Shown here in pieces: positions 49,652-58,932 of a DNA stretch of 64,000 nucleotides. The notes under the pieces were generated by a model, which was given only the letters and a program-made list of their open reading frames with translations, ran no database searches and was not told where the DNA came from. Origin of the DNA: Candidatus Latescibacterota bacterium (GTDB lineage: Bacteria > Latescibacterota > UBA2968 > UBA8231). Each line of letters opens with the position of its first letter. Position 1 is the first letter of the stretch. Position numbers and translations under genes: made by a program. Location: assembly GCA_965200315.1 (NCBI GenBank), contig OZ241362.1:2656001-2720000 (forward strand), read 5' to 3'.

Positions 49652-50086
49652 ATGCAAAACTTCATCTACTCGGCTACTTTGAATCCTGACGAAAAGGACG
49701 GCGGTTTTGTCGGCACTTTTCGCGACCTGCCCGAAGCCATCTCGCAAGGGGAGGCTGTTGAAGATGCGCTTAGAGAAGCCACTGACTGTTTGGAAGAAGC
49801 GATTGCCAACCGGATCGTCGTGGGGCTACCCATTCCTCAACCCACTACGACGAACCAACCTGAACATGCCATCTCCTTGGCAGCGCAGATGGCCGCCAAA
49901 GCTGCACTCTACTCAACCATCCGCGATAGCGACCGTACCCACTTTGAACTAGCCAAACGCCCACAGTGCGACATTAGGGAGCTCCGCCGCCTAGACCCGC
50001 GTCACGCCTCCGAACTGCCGAGTATTGAAGCCGCCTTGGCAGCGATGGGCCGGCAGCTAGTCGTAGCCCTACATAGTGCCGCTTAG
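49652..50086 (+). CDS. hicB: HicB antitoxin with a C-terminal HTH
   Basis: DGGFVGTFRDLPEAISQG..DAL.EA.DCLEEAI..P.P, AAKAALY and ELAKR..RRLDPRH. Confidence 0.85.
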   Translation: MQNFIYSATLNPDEKDGGFVGTFRDLPEAISQGEAVEDALREATDCLEEAIANRIVVGLPIPQPTTTNQPEHAISLAAQMAAKAALYSTIRDSDRTHFELAKRPQCDIRELRRLDPRHASELPSIEAALAAMGRQLVVALHSAA

Positions 50087-51440
50087 CGACGGCCACCTCC
50101 CCCTCGAGGCGGCCAAAACCTGCGAGCTACACGTCCACATCGGCGGCAGCCTTTTTGCCGCTGATCTCCTCGACCTGGCTCGCGACCACTACGAAAAGAT
50201 CGACTGGTCGCTCTTTGTCGATAGCTTCGAGCGCGTATATCACCGCCGGCCCGATCCGGTCGCACTGTTCCGCGAGGCACTCCATAGCCAACGCCTCGAC
50301 CCGCTCAAGGCACACTGCGTGTACGGCGCGGAAGACCGGGGCGACTTTGCCCATTTCCAAGCCAAGTTCAACTTGGCGATATGCATCTATCGCCATTGGT
50401 GGAACGTCTTGGGCAAGCCAGAAGAAATTTTGCACCGCGTATTCGCCCACCACCGCCGCGAAGGGCTGCGCTACGTCGAATATCGCGCTATGGCCCCCTA
50501 CGACCACACCCGGCCCGAAGCCTTTGTGCAGTTTCACGAGCTGACCGCTCGCGCCATCGCCCAAGCCTGCGCCGCGGATTTTACCGCCCGCTACCTCATC
50601 AGTCTGCCGCGCTGGGCACCGCTCGAATGCTACAAATTGGTTCAACGCCTGATCAACGAATACGAGGATTTGGTCCCCACGATCGTCGGCTTAGACTTCT
50701 GCCACTTTGAGGAGGGCTACCCGCCCGCGAGCACCCGCGCCTTCTTCCACCGCCTGCGCCGCGACAACGATCTACGCCCGGAGCGCACCCTCGACGTGGC
50801 CTATCACGTCGGCGAGGTGTACTTCGACAAATCGCTCGAAAGCGCGGTGCGCTGGTGCCACGAAGCAGCGGAGTTAGGGGCACTGCGCTTGGGGCACTGC
50901 ACAGCGCTCGGCCTCGACCCGCAGGTTGCCGTGGCCCGCCAGCCCCAAGCCCACGAGAGGGAGACAGTCAGCGAACGCTTGGCCCAGATCGCCTACGATT
51001 TGCAACACCATACTGCATTGGAAGAATTCGGCGTTCCGGTCGATGACCAAGCCCTAATGAGGGAACGCGCTCGCCTCTCGTCCCAGCCCGGTGCGGCGCT
51101 CGTTCGCCGTGCATACGATCCCCCGCGCCTTGAAGCGGTGCGCCGACGGCAGGACTTTGCGCTCGGCCGCTTGGCCGCGCTCGGCACCATAGTAGAGACC
51201 TGCCCGACCTCCAACTTGCGCATCGGTGCCGTGCCCGACGCCAAAGATCACCCAGTGCATCGCTTCTTGGCCTCGGATGTCCGACTGGCCATTGGTGCCG
51301 ACGATCCCGGACTTTTCGACTGCACGCTCGCCGACGAAGTCGACTGGGTCCAGCGCCATACTGGCATGGCACCGGACGCGCTGCAAGCCCGCCTCGGCGA
51401 CCCGCGCAACTACCGATGCGGCGCGTCCCGCGCGCGCTAG
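50076..51440 (+). CDS. Adenosine deaminase-like metallo-hydrolase with an insertion
   Basis: ELHVHIGGS, YVEYR, VGLD, HVGE, RLGH, ETCPTSN and ADDPG. Confidence 0.8.
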   Translation: MPLSDGHLPLEAAKTCELHVHIGGSLFAADLLDLARDHYEKIDWSLFVDSFERVYHRRPDPVALFREALHSQRLDPLKAHCVYGAEDRGDFAHFQAKFNLAICIYRHWWNVLGKPEEILHRVFAHHRREGLRYVEYRAMAPYDHTRPEAFVQFHELTARAIAQACAADFTARYLISLPRWAPLECYKLVQRLINEYEDLVPTIVGLDFCHFEEGYPPASTRAFFHRLRRDNDLRPERTLDVAYHVGEVYFDKSLESAVRWCHEAAELGALRLGHCTALGLDPQVAVARQPQAHERETVSERLAQIAYDLQHHTALEEFGVPVDDQALMRERARLSSQPGAALVRRAYDPPRLEAVRRRQDFALGRLAALGTIVETCPTSNLRIGAVPDAKDHPVHRFLASDVRLAIGADDPGLFDCTLADEVDWVQRHTGMAPDALQARLGDPRNYRCGASRAR

Positions 51441-51446
51441 GAACTC

Positions 51447-52928
51447 ATGATTACCCCGCAAAAGATGTTCAAGGGATTTTTCTATACCTTGGGCACGGGC
51501 TACGCCGCACGGCTGTGCAGCGTGGGGCTGACGGTCTTGCTCAAAAGGCAGCTCGAACCGAGCGTTTTTGCCGATGTGTTTTTGGGCGTGACGGTCTTTA
51601 CCATGTTGTCCAGCCTGCGCGAATTCGGCCTAGTACATGCGCTGTTGCACTTCCAAGATCGAGTCGAGGAATTCGTCGGTACGCACTTTGCGCTAAATGT
51701 GTGCATTACCCTGCTGTCGTGTTTGTTCACCAGCGGGGTCGTCTTGGCCTTGACGTTGCTTTTCCCAGCGGATTTTTCTTGGACCTTTGCCCAAGCCGCG
51801 TGGGTGCTGGCGGCACTGCACTTTGTGCGCCAACTGACCCTGACTTCAGAAGCTTTGCTGAGGATGGATTTTGAGTTTGGCAGGCTCTCCCTCTTGCACG
51901 GGGTGGGGACGCTGTTGGCCTTGAGCAGTGCGTTGCTGGCGGCCCACGCCGGGTGGGAAGAGTGGAGCCTGATATTGGGGGGATGGACCACGTACTCGGT
52001 GCTCAGCGTGGTGTACGTGCTGTTTTTTTCTACTGCTACTTGGTGCAGCCGACCCCTGAGTCTAGCCTCTTTGCGCTTCGACTGGATTTGGGCGCGCCGC
52101 TTATTGGGCTATGGAGTGTGGATCTGGATTGGTTGGGTATTGCAGATTTTTATTTGGTGGTACGACAAATTGGTTGTGCGCTTGGTCGTCGGCGATACGG
52201 CACTCGCGCTCTACGAGACGGCGTGGTGGCTAGTGCAGATTCCCACCGCGGTCATCGCGCATATCATCCTCAACTACAGCGGCGCCCTGTATTCGCGGTA
52301 TCGGCACGAGCGCGAGCGGCTGGGCGAGTTGTTCTCCAAGATGATCAGCCTAGTGCTGAGAGTGTCGGCCCCGGTGTCGCTGATCTTGGTCTTCAATGCC
52401 AGCGAAGTAACCGCCCTCTTGGGTGTCCAATGGGCTGGGTCGGCGTCCATCGTGGTTTGGCTGGCGGCGTATGCGCTGTTGCGCCCGCTGCTCAGCGATG
52501 GCTTTAGCCTGCTGTGGGCCGTAGGGGCGACGCGACGGTCTGCGTGCATAGTGGGGATGCAGGGGGTAGTGGCCCTTTTTGCCGTCCCGGCGCTGGCCGT
52601 GTTGTTGGGCGCGGAGGGCGTGGCGTACAGCATGGGTGTGGTGGCTGGCACGGGTTTCCTTGGACTGTGCATTGGCCTGCGCGCCTATGTACACGTCAAT
52701 TGGTTCAAGGTATTGGCCGCGCCGGCTGTGGGCTTGCTAACAGCCGCTGTCTGTGGATGGTCGTACGATCGTTGGGCCCTACATCATGCCGTGGGCGATT
52801 TTGTCTTGCGGAGTGGAATTATGGCGTTGGCCTATGGGATTGTTCTCGGGATACTAGAGCGCCGCATCATCGTCGAGGAGCTCGGGCACCTGCGCCGCAT
52901 TATGCGCGGGGGCGCGGAAGAGGAATAG
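51447..52928 (+). CDS. Oligosaccharide flippase (Wzx/PST family)
   Basis: About 12-14 TM helices; EFGL..AL, ALLRMDFEF and DKLVV..VG..ALALY. Confidence 0.85.
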   Translation: MITPQKMFKGFFYTLGTGYAARLCSVGLTVLLKRQLEPSVFADVFLGVTVFTMLSSLREFGLVHALLHFQDRVEEFVGTHFALNVCITLLSCLFTSGVVLALTLLFPADFSWTFAQAAWVLAALHFVRQLTLTSEALLRMDFEFGRLSLLHGVGTLLALSSALLAAHAGWEEWSLILGGWTTYSVLSVVYVLFFSTATWCSRPLSLASLRFDWIWARRLLGYGVWIWIGWVLQIFIWWYDKLVVRLVVGDTALALYETAWWLVQIPTAVIAHIILNYSGALYSRYRHERERLGELFSKMISLVLRVSAPVSLILVFNASEVTALLGVQWAGSASIVVWLAAYALLRPLLSDGFSLLWAVGATRRSACIVGMQGVVALFAVPALAVLLGAEGVAYSMGVVAGTGFLGLCIGLRAYVHVNWFKVLAAPAVGLLTAAVCGWSYDRWALHHAVGDFVLRSGIMALAYGIVLGILERRIIVEELGHLRRIMRGGAEEE

Positions 52929-53508
52929 GAATTTCACCGGCTGCGATCCGCACGAGCGTCGCCGCATAGAGCCGGTGCTCCACCGCTAATACCCGCTTCT
53001 GTAACGTCTCGGGCGTGTCTTCTGCTTTGACCGGAACCTTTTCCTGCGCCAGCACTCGCCCGTGGTCGTATTCTTCATCTACTAGGTGGATCGTCGCCCC
53101 GCTCTCTCGCTCTCCAGCGGCTAACACGGCCTCGTGGACCCGCATCCCGTACATGCCCTGGCCGCCGAACTTGGGCAACAGGGCGGGATGGATGTTCAAA
53201 ATCCGTCCTTCGTAGACCGCCAAAACCTCTGCCTCCAGCTTCTTCATATAGCCGGCCAGACAAATCACTTCGACCTCGTGCCACTGCATCGCCGCCAGAA
53301 TCGCTCCGCCCAGCACCTCTCCGTGCGTCCGCTCGCTCAGGTGGTACGCCGCAATGTTCGCCTGCCGCGCTCGCGCCAGCGCACCCGACTGCGAGTTGTT
53401 GCTAATCACCACGCGCGGCTCGGCCGCTAGCGTCCCCGCCTGACAGGCGTCGATGATCGCCTGCATATTCGACCCGGTGTGCGAGGCGAGAAACCCCAGT
53501 TTTAGCAT
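52900..53508 (-). CDS. purN: Phosphoribosylglycinamide formyltransferase
   Basis: GSNMQAII, LAGYMK, ILNIHPALLP and SGATIHLVDEEYDHG. Confidence 0.95.
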   Translation of the reverse strand: MLKLGFLASHTGSNMQAIIDACQAGTLAAEPRVVISNNSQSGALARARQANIAAYHLSERTHGEVLGGAILAAMQWHEVEVICLAGYMKKLEAEVLAVYEGRILNIHPALLPKFGGQGMYGMRVHEAVLAAGERESGATIHLVDEEYDHGRVLAQEKVPVKAEDTPETLQKRVLAVEHRLYAATLVRIAAGEIPIPLPRPRA

Positions 53509-53856
53509 CTAGAGGATGTCCAAGACTCGCTCCGGCGGTCGCCCGAGACGCACTTGGCTCCCTTTGACTACGATGGGCCGCTCGATCAGGATGGGGTGTT
53601 CCACCATCGCCTGAATGAGCTGCGCCCGATCCGTCACTTCAGCCAACCCCAGCGCCTCGTATTCGTCCTCTTTGGTGCGCATCAGTTCCCGAGGTTCCAG
53701 CCCCAGCTTTTGCAAAAGCTCGTCTAGGGTTTTGGCGTCCGGCGGTGTCTGTAAGTATTCGACGACATTTACTTCCACGCCGTTCTCTGACAACAAAGCC
53801 AACGTCTGCCGACTTTTAGAGCATCGCGGGTTGTGGTATATCGTTACTTCGGCCAT
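53509..53856 (-). CDS. arsC: ArsC-family reductase (glutaredoxin-dependent type)
   Basis: IYHNPRCSKSR, P.LIERPIVV and LGRPPE. Confidence 0.88.
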   Translation of the reverse strand: MAEVTIYHNPRCSKSRQTLALLSENGVEVNVVEYLQTPPDAKTLDELLQKLGLEPRELMRTKEDEYEALGLAEVTDRAQLIQAMVEHPILIERPIVVKGSQVRLGRPPERVLDIL

Positions 53857-53911
53857 TTTCTTCCCCTGTTGAGTGTTTGATTGCCAGCGCAAAAATTAAG
53901 GTCTTGCCCTC

Positions 53912-54724
53912 ATGCCTACAATAAGCCCATCCAGCGGCCCGGCGACGCCAGCCGACGCCGAGTTCTTTCAGCACAACGGCTACATCCGCTACGAGCACTT
54001 CTTCTCGCCAGCGGAGATCGCCCCGCTGCGCCAAGCCATTGACCACGCTATCGCCACGCATCGCGCCCGCATCAGAGGGGCCGAAAGGGATGGCCGCGGG
54101 TCGGAAGACTACGAGCGCGTCTTCAACCAGATGGTCAACCTCTGGACCGACTACCCAGCCGCCAAGGAAATCGCCTTCCATCCGCGCTTGGCCGAAACCG
54201 CCCGCCGCTTGAGCGGCTGCCGCCACGTGCGCATCTACCACGATCACGCGATGATCAAGCCTCCCGGCCAAACGAGCAAGGAAACAAACTGGCACCAGGA
54301 CGCTCCCTATTGGCCGATGGACCCGGTCGGGGCGCTGTCGGCGTGGATTGCAGTGGACGACGTGACCGCAGACAACGGCTGCCTCCACTTTGTGCCCGGC
54401 TCCCACCAGTACGAGCGGCTCGAACCGATCAAGCTCGGCGTCGCTGGCGAGAGTATCGTCAATAAAATGAAGGAACGGGGCTACGATGTGCCCGATCCGG
54501 TGACCATGGACATGAAAGCCGGCGGCGTTACCTTCCACCACGGCTGCACCTTCCACTACGCCGGTCCCAACCAAACTGCTGCGCCGCGCCGTGCGTTCGC
54601 CATTATCTACATGCCCGACTACACAGCGTTTACCGGGACGCACGACGCGGCTGGCGCGGCCGACGAGATGGAAGCCGGCGGCCCCTGGGACCATCCGCTG
54701 CACCCCATTCTGGCGGGCGAGTGA
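53912..54724 (+). CDS. PhyH family dioxygenase
   Basis: WHQDAPYWP, SAWIAVDD, NGCLHFVPGSH and FHHGCTFH.AGPN...RRA. Confidence 0.92.
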   Translation: MPTISPSSGPATPADAEFFQHNGYIRYEHFFSPAEIAPLRQAIDHAIATHRARIRGAERDGRGSEDYERVFNQMVNLWTDYPAAKEIAFHPRLAETARRLSGCRHVRIYHDHAMIKPPGQTSKETNWHQDAPYWPMDPVGALSAWIAVDDVTADNGCLHFVPGSHQYERLEPIKLGVAGESIVNKMKERGYDVPDPVTMDMKAGGVTFHHGCTFHYAGPNQTAAPRRAFAIIYMPDYTAFTGTHDAAGAADEMEAGGPWDHPLHPILAGE

Positions 54725-54740
54725 GGCGGCGCAAAACGCG

Positions 54741-55622
54741 GTGAACCCACAGATCAAATGGGTTTCTTATGCGCTCTGGCTCTTGCTCCAAGTAGCCATG
54801 CCCCTGAGTGCCGAGGAGCAGGACACCCTGGCCGACCCACAGGTGTCCATTTCCCTCGCTGATGGCACCCACCTCAAAGGCATTATCATTGAAGAGACCA
54901 AAACCCACGTCTTCGTCCAGACACTGGCTGGTCTGGAAGTAAAAGTGCCGAGAGCGTCCATCGTTTCGATAAGAAAGCACCCTGCTGGTGCTTTCTTCCG
55001 TCCCGACCCCAACTACACCCGCCTGATGTTCGCACCTACTGGCAGGCCATTGCGCCGAGGAGATCGCTATTTCTTCAATTACTACGTATTCTTCCCCGGC
55101 ATGGCCTACGGTTTCACCGACCACTTTGGCGTGGCAGGAGGCATGTCCATTATTCCGGGGTTAGGATTGAGAGAGCAAATCCTGTCAGTGGCCCCCAAGG
55201 TCGGCCTCTACGCTAGTGGCGATGTCGCCCTTTCCGCAGGCATGCTCTATATGAATGTCGCCGGCGAAGGGGCCGGAGGTATGGCCTTTGTGGTAGGGAC
55301 GAAAGGCAGCCCCGACAAGAGCTTCACCTGTGGCATCGGCCTCGGCTACATCGCCGAGGAAGGCGAGGATGTGGATTTCGCCGAGCACCCAGTTCTCCTC
55401 CTCGGCGGCAATATCCGCCTCTCCGAGAGCATGGCCTTGGTCTCGGAAAACTGGCTCATTATCGGCGAAGAGCTCGGGCTCGACCAACAGCCACTGGGCC
55501 TCGCCCTTCGCTTTTTCGGCTCCAAGATAGCTGTTGATGCCGGTGCCATTATCATCGGCGAGGTCCTCAAAGAGGGATTTCCCATCCCTTGGCTCTCCTT
55601 CGTCTATAATTTCGGCGACTAA
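54741..55622 (+). CDS. Secreted hypothetical protein, possible outer-membrane beta-barrel
   Basis: Signal peptide, DPNYTRLMFAPTGRPL, amphipathic strands and C-terminal PIPWLSFVYNF. Confidence 0.6.
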   Translation: MNPQIKWVSYALWLLLQVAMPLSAEEQDTLADPQVSISLADGTHLKGIIIEETKTHVFVQTLAGLEVKVPRASIVSIRKHPAGAFFRPDPNYTRLMFAPTGRPLRRGDRYFFNYYVFFPGMAYGFTDHFGVAGGMSIIPGLGLREQILSVAPKVGLYASGDVALSAGMLYMNVAGEGAGGMAFVVGTKGSPDKSFTCGIGLGYIAEEGEDVDFAEHPVLLLGGNIRLSESMALVSENWLIIGEELGLDQQPLGLALRFFGSKIAVDAGAIIIGEVLKEGFPIPWLSFVYNFGD

Positions 55623-55825
55623 ACCACGGCCCAAAGTCTTGGCAGCTCCTAGATTGGGAGAGGGATATTCGTGAACCGCACCAAGAGATGAGGAGTCCGG
55701 CGACTGGCCTGTTAAGTCGCCAACTCCGACTGCATTAGGCGAGTTCGAGGCCCGTCTGCGAGAAGTCGTTCCCCATGCAGAGGAGTGGCTCGCCAGCGAG
55801 TTGGACTGAAGGACTTGTTACGCCA

Positions 55826-56008
55826 ATGAAAGTGAGAAAGATCGTCTATCTGATTCACTCAATGCTCTACAGCGACTTGGCCTCCACTGACCCGAAAACC
55901 CTGCGCAACACGAATGCCGGGATCTATCTCGAGCGCGAGTTGCTGTGCGAGCGGCGTTGGCGTGCGGCGATCCGTCAACTGGAGCCGGATGCGATTACCG
56001 TCTGCTAA
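55826..56008 (+). pseudogene. Probable N-terminal fragment of an unknown protein
   Basis: MKVRKIVYLIH..YLERE..CERRWR..I is coding-like and then stops abruptly. Confidence 0.35.
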
Positions 56009-56186
56009 GAAGGGGATGGGCACGAGCGGCCCGGTTCTTCTCCCAACTTGCGATGAACTCGGCGACGTCCATCGCTGGCATTTGGATCAAGGACTGATCT
56101 TGCCCAATCGGGGGACGCGCTCTAATTTGGCCCAAGCGCACGACAACCCTTTCCAATCGCCGCATCAGCCGCATCGGAGGAATCCC

Positions 56187-56990
56187 ATGTTGACCGACCA
56201 TCAGCTACAGCACTTCCGCACCTTCGGCTTCGTCCCCCTGCGCAAGCTGTTCACCCCGGAAGAGGTCGAGATTCTGCGCGAGGAGTACGAGTCCGAGCTC
56301 GATCACGTGTACGCCGAGCAGCCCTTCACGGGGGAGACGCGCTATTGGACGATGATGCTGCACCCGCGCACCCCCCTGTACGCCAGCCTGCTCGAGGACG
56401 AACGCTTCTGCGGCGTGGCCGAGCAGCTCTACGGAGACGACGTCATCGGCATCGGCACCGATGCCAACCGCTATGTCGGCGATACGAAATGGCATCCCGA
56501 CCACAGGGCCGATCCATCCGCGGATTGCTTCGGCGTCAAGTTCGCCTTCTACCTCGACCCGGTCGATGCCGAAAGTGGCGCTCTGCGGCTCATCCCCGGT
56601 TCGCACCAGCGCGAGTTTCACGATCAGTTGCACGACACCTTGAACTCCCTCGAGCTCGACATGGCCGCCGTCCCCGCCTACGTCTGCCGGTCGGAGCCGG
56701 GCGATGTGGTGGCCTTCGACATGCGCTGCTGGCACGCCAGCAGTGGCGGCGCTGCGGGTCGCCGCATGTGTACCTGTGTGTACTACAACAACCCCAAGGG
56801 CGAAGCCGAAGAGGCCGCCACCCGGGATCGCGCCGTCCGCTCGAAGGAGACGCCCGCGCACTTCGGACGCACGGAACAGTCTATGTACCCGCTCGAATGG
56901 CTGCGGAATCCTTCCGGCAGCCCCAAGCGAGGACGCTGGCTGCGGCGCATGGCCGAGCTCGGGTACTTCAAACTGCCCACCGTCCCTTGA
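56187..56990 (+). CDS. PhyH family dioxygenase
   Basis: RBS GGAGG; FRTFGF, WHPD, GALRLIPGSH and PGDVVAFD.RCWH...R. Confidence 0.9.
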   Translation: MLTDHQLQHFRTFGFVPLRKLFTPEEVEILREEYESELDHVYAEQPFTGETRYWTMMLHPRTPLYASLLEDERFCGVAEQLYGDDVIGIGTDANRYVGDTKWHPDHRADPSADCFGVKFAFYLDPVDAESGALRLIPGSHQREFHDQLHDTLNSLELDMAAVPAYVCRSEPGDVVAFDMRCWHASSGGAAGRRMCTCVYYNNPKGEAEEAATRDRAVRSKETPAHFGRTEQSMYPLEWLRNPSGSPKRGRWLRRMAELGYFKLPTVP

Positions 56991-57029
56991 GCGCCCAGAT
57001 TGCAGCAAAGCATTGAGGCGACAGCCAAC

Positions 57030-57048
57030 ATAGTCTATATTGGACTAT
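57030..57048. promoter_or_regulatory. Palindrome upstream of the TA pair, putative autorepression operator
   Basis: ATAGTC-tatattg-GACTAT, about 30 bp before the antitoxin ATG. Confidence 0.5.
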
Positions 57049-57075
57049 AACGACGGCAACTTAGCTAGAGGAACT

Positions 57076-57360
57076 ATGACCGCCCGACACTCAGCACCCC
57101 ATCGCGTTTGGACCGTCGCCGAGGCCAAGGCGCGTTTGTCTGAAGTCCTGCGCCGCGCCGAAGAGGAAGGGCCTCAACACATCGGTACTCGGAAGTCCTT
57201 CGTCGTAGTTCCCGCCCACGTATGGGCCGAGAAAGAATCGCAGCGCCAACCCATGGGCCAGTGGCTGGTAGCCAACATGCCCCGTGGCGCGAACCTTGAG
57301 ACCCCCAGAAATAGAGAGTCCCGGCGGGAAATCCCATTCGCGTCTGGAGACACCGGGTGA
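57076..57360 (+). CDS. Phd/YefM-family antitoxin
   Basis: WTVAEAKARLSEVLRRAEEEGPQHI; GAGG RBS; GTGA overlap with the PIN gene. Confidence 0.88.
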   Translation: MTARHSAPHRVWTVAEAKARLSEVLRRAEEEGPQHIGTRKSFVVVPAHVWAEKESQRQPMGQWLVANMPRGANLETPRNRESRREIPFASGDTG

Positions 57361-57833
57361 GCAGGTTTCTGCTAGACACCAATGTGGTCTCGGAGTTGAC
57401 AAAGGACGCGCCCAATCCGCGGGTTGTCGCATTCCTGGCCGAACAAGACGACTTGTGGTTATCCTCGCTAGTGTTGCACGAGTTGGAGTTCGGCTTGCAA
57501 CTGCTGCCGCCGGGACAACGTCGCGACGAGTTGCGGTCGGTGCTGTCAGAGTTCATTTCGGCGTATGAGGATCGCATCCTGCCCTTGGAGAAGACCGGGG
57601 CAGAGCGGGCGGCCCAATTCCGGGCGCAGGCGCATCGCTCTGGTCGCGTGCTGGACTTGGGGGATGCGCTGATCGCCGGGACCGCCAACGTTCACAGTCT
57701 CTCTGTTGCGACGCGGAACGTCGGGGACTTCGCAGACCTCGACGTCGACGTCATTAACCCTTGGGACGACGCCTTAACCACCCCCAACAAATCCACTGTC
57801 GAAGCGGACGAGGATAGGGCCGATCCACGCTAA
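57357..57833 (+). CDS. vapC: VapC/FitB PIN-domain toxin
   Basis: FLLDTNVVSE, ELEFG, DALIAGTA and ATRNVGDF. Confidence 0.92.
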   Translation: MSRFLLDTNVVSELTKDAPNPRVVAFLAEQDDLWLSSLVLHELEFGLQLLPPGQRRDELRSVLSEFISAYEDRILPLEKTGAERAAQFRAQAHRSGRVLDLGDALIAGTANVHSLSVATRNVGDFADLDVDVINPWDDALTTPNKSTVEADEDRADPR

Positions 57834-57972
57834 AAGAAGGCTGAAAATAATGCAGGATGTGGCGAATAAACTAGACCAATTGGAGCGCCGCAATGTGAAC
57901 TACGAGGGCATCTGGCACGTGTCGCGGCCTATGGGGATACAACGGCACCTTTCCGTTCGCCTGAGATACACT

Positions 57973-58779
57973 TCACACGGCTACCAACTCTGGGTAGTCC
58001 GGCCCCTGAACAATTTCGCCCACGCTCACAGTTTCGACATTGCCCATGCGTTTGTTCCAATTGTCGCCTAGGCGACGGGTATAGCCGGGCATGAGGTGCA
58101 TGATATAGCTGCGCCGTGGATTGTCGGTTTTGTTGCCGTACGAGCCGTGGAAGGTGCGGCAGTGGTGGAAGTGGCAGTGTCCGGCCTCAACCTCGCAGGG
58201 CACGGGCGTCAGGTCGGCCCCGGCGGGGATCCCCTCCTGTTGTAACAGCCAGTGCGGGTCGTCAACCACGGCGTCTTCGCGGTTATAGCGCATCGTCCAT
58301 AGATGGCTGCCCGGGATGACGTGCATGCAGCCGTTATTGACCGTGGCGTCGTCCAAGGCGATCCAGCAGGTGCCCATATCGGCTGGTCCGACGTGATTCC
58401 AAAAGGTGTAGTCCTGGTGCCAGGCCAAAGCGGTTTTCGCGTCGTAGGCTGGCTTGTAGATCATTTGGTCTTCCCATATACGCACCGGGCCGGACATGAG
58501 TTGGTGCGCCAAGGCGCTGATGGTCGAGTTGTCGATGAGGGCGGCAAAGATCGGGTCTCGGCGGAAGATATTGACCACCTTGACCGAGGGCAGTTGGCCC
58601 TTGGCGCGGGACTGCTCTACGGTTTCGCCCATCAGGTGTTTGGGGAAGGGGATGCGGCCGTGGAGCATGTCGTCGATGCGTTCCTTGAGCGCGCTGATCT
58701 GCTCGGCGGATAGGACGCGCGGGCCGGACAGATAGCCTTGGGTTTTGTAGTGTTCGATTTGGGCGTCGGTGAAAAGCAT
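57973..58779 (-). CDS. PhyH family dioxygenase
   Basis: WHQDYTFW, CWIALDD, NGCMHVIPGSH and FHHCRTFHGS..N...RR. Confidence 0.92.
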   Translation of the reverse strand: MLFTDAQIEHYKTQGYLSGPRVLSAEQISALKERIDDMLHGRIPFPKHLMGETVEQSRAKGQLPSVKVVNIFRRDPIFAALIDNSTISALAHQLMSGPVRIWEDQMIYKPAYDAKTALAWHQDYTFWNHVGPADMGTCWIALDDATVNNGCMHVIPGSHLWTMRYNREDAVVDDPHWLLQQEGIPAGADLTPVPCEVEAGHCHFHHCRTFHGSYGNKTDNPRRSYIMHLMPGYTRRLGDNWNKRMGNVETVSVGEIVQGPDYPELVAV

Positions 58780-58932
58780 AGTAGGTTCTCCAGCTCAGGA
58801 GGGGCTGCCATCCAGCCTGAGCAGTCCGGCCACCGCATTGTGGCCACAAGGCTCTATATTGGGTAGGCGCTGCGAAAAATATGGGACGAATTTAACCGAT
58901 GCACAATTTGAGTGCGGCAATGGAGACAAACT

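Noticed and set aside
50076-51440. RADAR anti-phage system
   Set aside because: No adjacent RdrA-type ATPase, and the deaminase is much shorter than RdrB; kept only as an unusual deaminase.
53509-53856. Arsenic resistance operon
   Set aside because: No arsR, arsB/acr3 or arsH nearby; the gene abuts purN and looks like a stand-alone ArsC-family member.
53816-54757. Long antisense or alternate-frame ORFs (also 47495-48322, 48307-49092, 56205-57008, 34192-35073, 42992-43753)
   Set aside because: They shadow well-supported genes, lack motifs, and are expected in GC-rich DNA.
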